From Candidatus Shapirobacteria bacterium CG06_land_8_20_14_3_00_40_12 (GTDB lineage: Bacteria; Patescibacteriota; Microgenomatia; UBA12405), in assembly GCA_002780135.1 (NCBI GenBank), contig PEWA01000052.1:1-31780 (forward strand): DNA of 31,780 nucleotides, in the 5' to 3' direction. Within the stretch, counting starts at the first letter, position 1, and each line of letters begins with the position of its first letter. A program made the position numbers and the translations under genes. Under the pieces are notes generated by a model. The model was not told the origin of the DNA, searched no databases, and worked only from the letters and a program-made list of their open reading frames with translations. Positions 7,168-14,411 of this stretch are shown here, one piece after another.

Positions 7168-8183
7168 AGGCCAAAGATTGCTAATATAATAGTAGCTAGC
7201 CAAGCCCGGAAGACGATCTTTGGTTCTTCCCAACCAATTTTTTGCAGAGTGAGATGTATCGGAGCTGCAGGGAAAACTCTTTTCTTAAAATAAATTTTGG
7301 AAACCATTTGAATAGCGCTGCTTAGGCCTTCAACAATAAAAGGAAGACCAACAATGATAAGAGGTACAATTTTACCTAAAAGCAGAGCGATAACAGCAAA
7401 AGTGGCCCCAAAGGAAAGTGAGCCGACATCACCCAACCAGATGCGGGCAGGAAAGATATTAAAATAAAGGAAGGCAATTAAGGCTCCAATCCAGAGTGAA
7501 ATAAAAAGAGAGATGGGGGTGTCCATAGAAGAACCAGCTAGAATCCAAAAAGCAAAAAGGGAAATCATGAGGATGCCACCGGACAGACCATCGAGACCAT
7601 CACTAATATTAAAGAAATTGGCAAACGAGGTGATAATGACGGCGGAAATGGGAATAAAAAAAAGTCCAAGATTGATGGCACCAATAAATGGCAAGTAAAT
7701 AAAATTAATCCCCAAACGGAAAAACATTAAGGAAGAAGCGATAACGGCTAATAGTATTTGAAGAAATAATTTGTATTTTAAACGTAGGCCGAAGAATCCG
7801 GATTTTTTAAAACCAAAAAATTTAAAAATATCATCATAGAGTCCAAGGATGCCGAAACTAATAAAAGTAAAAAAGATGACTTCAATTTCGTGATTGAGCC
7901 GGAAATTGCTGGAAATAAATATTCGGGAGAATGTTAAAATAGGAAAAAGGAAGGAAAAAAGAATAACCACGGATAAGATAATTAACAATCCCCCGCCGAC
8001 AGGAGTACCGGATTTATCATGGTGAAATTTATCAAAAATAGGGGTCCGGTGATTTTGAAAATCAAGAGTTTTTTGGCAACGTCGTTGAAATTTTAGGCGG
8101 TAAAGAATATTGATAAAGGGAATGACTAAAATACTGGTAGTAAAAAAGGAGAATAGGAGAAGGCCGAGGTAAAGATGTGCCAT
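7149..8183 (-). CDS. mraY: Phospho-MurNAc-peptide translocase MraY
   Basis: KSGTPVGGG, GLYDD, NISDGLDGL, NIFPARIWLGDVGS, APIHLTLQKIGWEEPKIVFRAW. ATG 8183 chosen; TTG 8192 is an alternative start. Confidence 0.92.
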   Translation of the reverse strand: MAHLYLGLLLFSFFTTSILVIPFINILYRLKFQRRCQKTLDFQNHRTPIFDKFHHDKSGTPVGGGLLIILSVVILFSFLFPILTFSRIFISSNFRLNHEIEVIFFTFISFGILGLYDDIFKFFGFKKSGFFGLRLKYKLFLQILLAVIASSLMFFRLGINFIYLPFIGAINLGLFFIPISAVIITSFANFFNISDGLDGLSGGILMISLFAFWILAGSSMDTPISLFISLWIGALIAFLYFNIFPARIWLGDVGSLSFGATFAVIALLLGKIVPLIIVGLPFIVEGLSSAIQMVSKIYFKKRVFPAAPIHLTLQKIGWEEPKIVFRAWLATIILAIFGLWLGLN

Positions 8184-8188
8184 GGTTT

Positions 8189-9517
8189 TCAAGTTTTAAT
8201 ATACTCTATTTGGGCTCCTAATGATTTAAGACGGTCAGCTAATTTTTCATAACCCCGTTCGATGTATTCAACATTGTCAACAATTGAGATACCGGTGGCA
8301 GTTAAGGCAGCCAGGGTGGTTGAGGCGCCGGCCCGCAGATCATTGATGACAAATTTGGCTGGTTTAAGTTTTACCGGACCGTAGATTTTAACCCCATGGA
8401 AATATTGAGGGCTATCGTTTTGAGGGTTGAATTCATAGTAAGATTTTGGATTAGTAACGATTGGATTAAAATATTTGACCTTTAGGCCCATTTTTTCCAG
8501 GTTGGTAATATGTTGGAAGCGGGAGGGATAAACCCGTTCGATAATTGAGCTGACACCAACAGCCTGGGTTAGGAGAACGGAAAATACGGTTTGCCAGTCA
8601 GTCATAAAGAAGGGTTCCGGACCGGTTTCAATGTTGATAGATTTTAAAGGTTTATCCCAAGATACAGTAACTTCGTCCTTGCCGGAAACAATTTTTGCTC
8701 CCATAGTAGAAAGAGTTTCTAAAAATGTCGTAATAATTTTAGGGTCGGTACGAAGAATGTTAATTGAGCCTTTAGTTAGTAGGGCGGCGCAGGCAAAAGT
8801 GACGGTTTCATTGCGGTCGGCGATAACCTGATGAGTGGTTCCTCTCAAGCTATCAACACCGTCAATGATAATGGTTTGAGAAAGTTTGGGATCACGATAA
8901 ATCCTGGCTCCCATGGAGTTAAGCATGACAATCAGATCGTCGATTTCAGGTTCAAGGGAAGAATTGTTTAGGATAGTTTGTCCTTTGACAAGAGTAGAGA
9001 TCATTATTAGTACTTCGGTGACAGTGTGGGAAGGTTTTGGAAAAGAAAAAACAGTTGGTTTGATTTTTGAGGCGGAAAAATGAATAGTGTCATCAGTAAT
9101 TTTGGTGGTGATTCCCATTTTATGGAAACATTCAAAAAGACGATCCAAAGGGCGGGCTCCGAGTTTGTCGCCACCGGGAGTGGGTATAGTGGCCACACCT
9201 GTTCGTAAAAGTAAAGGGGCGGCAAACATAAATGAAGCCCTGGATTTTTCACCGGTGCCATGGGGTACGGTGGAGGAAAAAAGTTTTTTGGTAGTAATTT
9301 CCAGGGAATGTTCGCCGATAGGTGAAATTTGACTACCGAGACTTTCAGCAATACTTTGGGTAATTTTTACATCTGATATTTGGGGTATATTTGAAAGCTG
9401 GGTTGTTTTATCGCTTAACATGGAAGCAATAATTTGTTTAAAACTGGCATTTTTGGCACCACGAATAGATACTTCTCCACAAAGAGTTTTGCCGCCGGTT
9501 ATGATGTAACGGGACAT
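8189..9517 (-). CDS. murA: UDP-GlcNAc 1-carboxyvinyltransferase MurA (Cys-to-Asp active-site variant)
   Basis: GAKNA, SRAS, PGGDKLGARP, EPEIDDL, DRNE, TDWQ, IERVYPSRF, DLRAGA, IERGYE. Confidence 0.95.
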   Translation of the reverse strand: MSRYIITGGKTLCGEVSIRGAKNASFKQIIASMLSDKTTQLSNIPQISDVKITQSIAESLGSQISPIGEHSLEITTKKLFSSTVPHGTGEKSRASFMFAAPLLLRTGVATIPTPGGDKLGARPLDRLFECFHKMGITTKITDDTIHFSASKIKPTVFSFPKPSHTVTEVLIMISTLVKGQTILNNSSLEPEIDDLIVMLNSMGARIYRDPKLSQTIIIDGVDSLRGTTHQVIADRNETVTFACAALLTKGSINILRTDPKIITTFLETLSTMGAKIVSGKDEVTVSWDKPLKSINIETGPEPFFMTDWQTVFSVLLTQAVGVSSIIERVYPSRFQHITNLEKMGLKVKYFNPIVTNPKSYYEFNPQNDSPQYFHGVKIYGPVKLKPAKFVINDLRAGASTTLAALTATGISIVDNVEYIERGYEKLADRLKSLGAQIEYIKT

Positions 9518-9522
9518 AGTAG

Positions 9523-10833
9523 TTAATTTTTAATTTTTAATTTATAATTTTTAATTATTTGTTTGAAGGTTTTTAAACCGGTTAAACCTCCGGAACTAAA
9601 GTGAACCAAAACATGGCCGGGGTTAAGAGACGACAAAACTGAATTTTTAAGATCGGAGTAAATGGGCAGATAATTAAGTTTAGCACCAAGATGGAATTTG
9701 TAATCGAAGGAGGTGGTTCGGACTGATTTGGGGAGATTGGAAGTAAAAGAAAGTTTACCTAGAAACACCTTAGCGGCCGGCCCAAAAGAGTCAGCAACTT
9801 TCCCCAGCGAGGATTTATATTGAAGGAAACTAGCTTGGGCTTCAAAAATTACCAGAATAGTTTTTCCGGGATGAAGTTTTTCGAGAGCCAAAAGACTTAC
9901 TTTAATACGGTGAGGTGACTGGGCAAAATCATCGTAGAAATAAGTATTTTTTACGATTGATGTTAATTCAAGCCGGCGTTTGATTCCTTTAAAACTTTGC
10001 AGGTTAGTTTTAAAAAATTTTTGACTTATTCCTAAATTAGTACAAAGAGTATGACAGGCAGCCAAATTGTTTTGATTATGGTGGCCAAAGAGAAAGGGAT
10101 GTTGGTGGTGGTATAGGGAGTAGTCAACACACTTACATTGAGCATATTTAATCAGAGATTTTATTGAGGGATCCTCTGAGTTGTAAATCAGGAGACCTTC
10201 AGGGGGGAGACGTTTAATTAAATTAATAAAACTGAGTCGATTTTCAGATTCACTTTTGTATGAGTCGCGATGCTCCCAGGAGGACGAGGTAAGAACTAAA
10301 TATTTTATTGGGTAGTAAAGGAATTTAGCCTGAGTGTCTAAACCGTTTATAGATTCATCAGCCTCAACTATCGACCAATCGGATTGAGCAAACTTAAGCG
10401 AGGGGAAATGATTCAAACATTGGCCGCCAATAAAATAGGAAGGATTGAGCTTGCTTTTGGTTAAAATCCAGGCCAGAACAGCGGAAATGGTAGTTTTACC
10501 GTAGCTTCCGGCAACCAGGATGCTATTTTTATTAATTAATTTAGTAGCGAGATATTGAGTGGCAGAGATGTAAGGAATTTTCTGGCTTTGGAAAAAACGA
10601 AACTCAACTTGTGTATTTTTGAATTTTTTATAGGCAGAGCCAACGATAACCAGATCGGGAGAGATAGAATCAAGTTTGGGGTTAATCGAAATATGAGCTC
10701 GGTGAAGAATTTGGCTAAAAGGAGGATAAATATGGTTTTGATCGCTGCCGGTAACGGTGTGTCCACTTTTTTTTAAAGCTAGAGCCAGAGGAGTGGTCAT
10801 AGTGCCGCTAATTGCCAAAATATGAATTTTCAT
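9523..10833 (-). CDS. Mur ligase of MurC/Mpl type, closer to Mpl (murein peptide ligase) by motif recall
   Basis: MKIHILAISGT, GSDQNHIYPPFS, PDLVIVG, VAGSYGKTT, FIGG, VEADE, KFLYY, GIKRRLE, YDDFAQSP, SSGG all parallel E. coli Mpl segments. Start set to ATG 10833 (ATGA overlap, GGAGG 5 nt upstream). Confidence 0.8.
   Translation of the reverse strand: MKIHILAISGTMTTPLALALKKSGHTVTGSDQNHIYPPFSQILHRAHISINPKLDSISPDLVIVGSAYKKFKNTQVEFRFFQSQKIPYISATQYLATKLINKNSILVAGSYGKTTISAVLAWILTKSKLNPSYFIGGQCLNHFPSLKFAQSDWSIVEADESINGLDTQAKFLYYPIKYLVLTSSSWEHRDSYKSESENRLSFINLIKRLPPEGLLIYNSEDPSIKSLIKYAQCKCVDYSLYHHQHPFLFGHHNQNNLAACHTLCTNLGISQKFFKTNLQSFKGIKRRLELTSIVKNTYFYDDFAQSPHRIKVSLLALEKLHPGKTILVIFEAQASFLQYKSSLGKVADSFGPAAKVFLGKLSFTSNLPKSVRTTSFDYKFHLGAKLNYLPIYSDLKNSVLSSLNPGHVLVHFSSGGLTGLKTFKQIIKNYKLKIKN
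9524..9559. repeat. Tandem heptamer (AATTTTT)n tract, copy 2 (5 units)
   Basis: aattttt-aattttt-aatttat-aattttt-aattatt from 9525; encodes the C-terminal NYKLKIKN of the Mpl-like ligase. Confidence 0.7.
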
Positions 10834-11423
10834 AATTGCCTCCATTGATTTTGGGAAAAATATTCGAATCCAGGCATGTTCCTTTTATAGTATCCAATAC
10901 CCCGAACCTTTGCCTCGAAGCGGCCAAGATAACAATATTGTAATTTTTGTTGGTGGCTGTCAATGATTACCTGAAGGGTGAGGCGAATAGGGAGATTTGT
11001 TTTTGAAAGGGAGGGATTATAAAAGACATAAGCAATATGGGAAATGGTCTTTGAAAAATAACAGATAGAGTAAGCTACGACTTGGTTTTGATTATCCCTC
11101 CAAATATAGAGACGATTAAAGATGTGAGTTGAAAATACATATTTAACTGATGACACAGGAAAACTCCATCCAAGTTTCTTGATCCAATTAAAAATGGTTT
11201 TTTGAACATCAAGAGAAAAAGAAAAATTATTAAGAGGAATAACTTCTGAAAAATATTCTGTGGTTTTATTAAGAATCCGACGGTTTTCTGAACTTAGGTT
11301 AAATACAGACAAGTTGGAACGGCAACTGGTTTGAAAATAAAAAAGTTTTTTGGAATTCCGTTGAGGTAACAACCCATTTTGATAGTATTCTTTGATGGTG
11401 GAAAAATTATTTAAATTAAACAT
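10830..11423 (-). CDS. Aminoacyl-tRNA-dependent transferase of ATE1/Bpt type (GNAT-like), 197 aa
   Basis: YYQNG, SCR..L..F.LSSENRRIL.K, then AYVFYNP...TNLPIRLTLQVI...QKLQYCYLG...YYK...FEYF....W, resembling ATE_N/ATE_C segments. Start set to ATG 11423, an 8-nt overlap with the murE stop. Confidence 0.65.
   Translation of the reverse strand: MFNLNNFSTIKEYYQNGLLPQRNSKKLFYFQTSCRSNLSVFNLSSENRRILNKTTEYFSEVIPLNNFSFSLDVQKTIFNWIKKLGWSFPVSSVKYVFSTHIFNRLYIWRDNQNQVVAYSICYFSKTISHIAYVFYNPSLSKTNLPIRLTLQVIIDSHQQKLQYCYLGRFEAKVRGIGYYKRNMPGFEYFSQNQWRQL
10839..10843 (-). promoter_or_regulatory. Shine-Dalgarno-like GGAGG before the Mpl-like gene
   Basis: - strand TGGAGG-CAATT-ATG; the only clear SD I noticed among the starts inspected. 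Confidence 0.4.
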
Positions 11424-12642
11424 TTTGACTATGAGCCCTAAAAGCAGAATTAAAGGCTTCAGTTTCTGACCAGGGGTATTCGGTTTTGCCGTGAAGAATG
11501 GAGGTTTCGTGTCCTTTACCACAGGCGACAATGGTATCACCGGGATTGGCAATTTTAACTGCCAGACTAAAGGCATCTTGGCGGTTAAAAATGTTGTGAT
11601 AAAAAAACTTTTTTTGTTTGAGTTTGAGAGGGCTAAATCCGGAGATTATTTGTTGATTAATATCCTCAACCGATTCAGTGCGAGTATCATCAGCGGTAAC
11701 AATGGCGATATCGCAGTTTTCAGAAACAATTTTTCCCATTATGGGTCGTTTACTTTTATCGCGGCCTCCGGTGGCACCAAAGAGACAAATTAATTTACCG
11801 TGAGAATAAATGTTTTTAAGAGAGGTTAAAGTTTCATAGAGAGCATTGGGGGTGTGGGCAAAGTCAACAATGCAATTTAGCCGTAGATTATTTTTGACTG
11901 TCTCACGTCGTCCTTTGGTTTCAGGGAAATGGCGGACGGAGGCGATAATGGTGTCGGGATTTATTTTTAATTTTTGAGTCAGAGAAATCGCGGCGAGTAA
12001 ATTATATATTTGGTATTTATAAGGAGAGTCAGAGGTGTAAAGTTGCTTATTTAGAACAAAAGATAGAGAATCGGGGGTGATGGTTATATTTTTTGCCTGA
12101 AAATCTGATGGGTTTTTAATGGAATAGGTTGACAGATTTCCTTTTAAAAGTTTTTTTAGTTCCGAAAAATATGAATCATCAGCGTTGAGGATTTTGTACT
12201 TTGATTGGGAAAAGAGACGTGATTTAGCCAGAACGTAATTAGTCATGGAGTGATGATAGTCGAGATGTTCATGTGAAATATTGGTAATAACACCGACCTC
12301 AAAATGACAGCCAAAATAGCGAAATTGATCAAGAGCATGGGAAGTAACTTCGCAAATAACATGAGTGATCCCCTCTTTTTGGTATTGCCTTAGAAGTTGA
12401 AAAAAAGTTTTCGAACTAAAATTACTGGTGGTGTGAAGTCCGGGGCTATTAAGGGTGGTAATTGATTTGGTTTTAAGATGTGCCTCAGTTAAAATCTGAT
12501 ATATAAGATTGCAGGTACTGGTTTTACCGTCAGTTCCGGTTACCCCGATTAAAGTAAGGGATTTTTGGGGAAAACAATAAAAAGATTGCCAAAAAACGGT
12601 TCTCGGCAGATGCCAAAGATAGTTTTTAAGTTTTTGGAACAT
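11416..12642 (-). CDS. murE: MurE-type UDP-MurNAc-peptide ligase (short N-terminus)
   Basis: IGVTGTDGKTST, EVTSHALDQ, TNISHEHLDYH, GRRE, VDFAHTPNAL, FGATGGRDKSKRPIMG, TADDTR, ACGKGHE. Start set to ATG 12642. Confidence 0.88.
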   Translation of the reverse strand: MFQKLKNYLWHLPRTVFWQSFYCFPQKSLTLIGVTGTDGKTSTCNLIYQILTEAHLKTKSITTLNSPGLHTTSNFSSKTFFQLLRQYQKEGITHVICEVTSHALDQFRYFGCHFEVGVITNISHEHLDYHHSMTNYVLAKSRLFSQSKYKILNADDSYFSELKKLLKGNLSTYSIKNPSDFQAKNITITPDSLSFVLNKQLYTSDSPYKYQIYNLLAAISLTQKLKINPDTIIASVRHFPETKGRRETVKNNLRLNCIVDFAHTPNALYETLTSLKNIYSHGKLICLFGATGGRDKSKRPIMGKIVSENCDIAIVTADDTRTESVEDINQQIISGFSPLKLKQKKFFYHNIFNRQDAFSLAVKIANPGDTIVACGKGHETSILHGKTEYPWSETEAFNSAFRAHSQNV

Positions 12643-12673
12643 AAGGGGTGATTTATTATAACAAAGGGGTGAT
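12643..12673 (-). promoter_or_regulatory. Putative internal promoter for murE: extended -10 TGTTATAAT flanked by two 10-bp direct repeats
   Basis: - strand ATCACCCCTT-TGTTATAAT-AA-ATCACCCCTT-ATG; repeats at 12643-12652 and 12664-12673 (21-bp period). Confidence 0.55.
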
Positions 12674-14221
12674 CTTGGAAGCGATTTCAAACCAAACTGG
12701 GGCGGCGGTGGACGAACCCCAAGTTGAGAGTTGGGGCTTATTAAAAATAATAATCATGGAGAATTTGGGATTCTGGCAGGGGGAAAATCCAACATAAGAG
12801 GCGATGGTATCAGTGTCGGCATACTGGCCACTTTTAGCAATTTGAGCAGTGCCGCTTTTGGCACAAACTTCAATATTTTTTGGTTTTAAACTGCTAACAG
12901 CACCAGTTTCGACAGCATATTTGAGAATATTAACTACTTTATCGACGGTATCAGGGGCAAACACCGTACTTTCAGATAAGGGATTATTGAGATTAAAATG
13001 GGGAGAAACTAATTTTCCACCATTACCGAGAGTGTTGAAAGCCCGAAGCATTTGTAGTTCGTTGACAGCAAAACCCTGGCCAAAAGATGCGGTCGCCAAA
13101 TCAATATCAGACCAATATTTTTTTAAGGAAGAAGTTGATTCACCCAGTAGATCGACATTGGTTTTTTGATTAAGTCCCAAGAGGTGAAAATAACGCTGAA
13201 AGGAAGTTAAACCAAGTTTTTCAATAATATAACTCATAGCAATGTTGTCAGAGTTTTTGATGACATCAGGGAGATTTGAATTAGGGTGGGTTTTTTCGTT
13301 CCAATTATTTATAGTATATTGGCCATAGGTACGAGGTTTACCACAAACCGGACAAACAAAATCGAGTCCAATGCTATTTTCGTTTAAAGCCATAGATAGA
13401 ACCAGGGGTTTAAAAATTGAACCAGGTTCAAATAGGTAAGATATGGGTCGAAGAGATGAGCTTTGGGTAGAATTTTGAGGGACAGAGCTGATGGCGATTA
13501 TTTCACCACTTTGAGGATTAATTATAATGCCGGTAGCATTTTCAGCTTGAAAACGTTTTAGGCCAAGTTCAAGAGATGAGGCTAATATAGATTGAACTTG
13601 TCGGTTAAGACTGAGGGGAATGTCGGTACCATCGACTTCACTTTTGTGCCAGTTTTTGCGACTTAATATTAATTGTCCGGTAGCATCGACCGGGGCGACA
13701 GAAAAACCCACCTTTCCCGAAAGAGTTCGTTTATAAAAACTTTCGAGATTTAATAAAACATCTTTGGCTAAATTACCTTCCGGGTAATATCTTGACGAAA
13801 CCTCTTCGAAACTGACACCGGCTAAATCTATTTTTTTTACGTCTTGGCTGTAAAACTTGGTGGGTAGGGTGACCCACTTGATATTGGGTTTAAGAAAGAA
13901 TCCAATTTGTTTTTCGGATTCCAATTTAAGACCAGGTTTTATTTTTTCCAGATAGAGAAGAACATCCTCAAGTTTTCGATCAAGATTGGGTTTATAAAGT
14001 GACAAAAGATAAAAACGGGAATCAAGACTTAAGGGAAATGAGTCAGAAGCGAGAAGGTGGCCCAGATTAGGTAAAATTTTTGTTTGTTGATATATTTGGT
14101 TTAAACTACGGTTTCGGACTGTTTGCCCCAGATATATTTGCCAGTAAAAGAGGCGGAGAACGACAATTACAAAAGAAAAAATAATTGTAGTTTTTAGTAT
14201 AGATATTCGGTTGTTACTCAT
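12656..14221 (-). CDS. ftsI: Class B penicillin-binding protein (FtsI/PBP3-like)
   Basis: N-terminal TM anchor with LRLFYWQI, RYYPEG, transpeptidase motifs EPGSIFK (SxxK), SDN (SxN), KSGTAQ. Start set to ATG 14221, overlapping the ftsL stop. Confidence 0.88.
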   Translation of the reverse strand: MSNNRISILKTTIIFSFVIVVLRLFYWQIYLGQTVRNRSLNQIYQQTKILPNLGHLLASDSFPLSLDSRFYLLSLYKPNLDRKLEDVLLYLEKIKPGLKLESEKQIGFFLKPNIKWVTLPTKFYSQDVKKIDLAGVSFEEVSSRYYPEGNLAKDVLLNLESFYKRTLSGKVGFSVAPVDATGQLILSRKNWHKSEVDGTDIPLSLNRQVQSILASSLELGLKRFQAENATGIIINPQSGEIIAISSVPQNSTQSSSLRPISYLFEPGSIFKPLVLSMALNENSIGLDFVCPVCGKPRTYGQYTINNWNEKTHPNSNLPDVIKNSDNIAMSYIIEKLGLTSFQRYFHLLGLNQKTNVDLLGESTSSLKKYWSDIDLATASFGQGFAVNELQMLRAFNTLGNGGKLVSPHFNLNNPLSESTVFAPDTVDKVVNILKYAVETGAVSSLKPKNIEVCAKSGTAQIAKSGQYADTDTIASYVGFSPCQNPKFSMIIIFNKPQLSTWGSSTAAPVWFEIASKITPLL

Positions 14222-14411
14222 GAAATAAAGTGAATTTTTGGACATATTTTTGTTCCAGATTTTGGTTTAGATCTAGAAATTCCCGATATTTTTTTTGAAG
14301 CGCGGAAAAGTCGTGACTGAGTTTGACAATTTGACTGGAGTAGAAAAAAGAAAATAATAGTTGAAAGATGACTAGACTGATAGTGGCTGATAAAAGCAAT
14401 TGAGCGGGCAT
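14214..14411 (-). CDS. ftsL: FtsL-like small membrane/coiled-coil protein (65 aa)
   Basis: Single TM followed by heptad-like segment, located between rsmH and ftsI and coupled to both; call rests mostly on position. Confidence 0.55.
   Translation of the reverse strand: MPAQLLLSATISLVIFQLLFSFFYSSQIVKLSHDFSALQKKYREFLDLNQNLEQKYVQKFTLFHE

Noticed and set aside
3407-14245. Longer ORF-track starts for ftsW (4642), NlpC/P60 (7233), Mpl-like (10845), ATE-like (11576), murE (12690) and ftsI (14245)
   Set aside because: They create long overlaps with upstream genes; internal ATGs give typical 4-19 nt coupling or sit behind a -10 box and match family N-termini.
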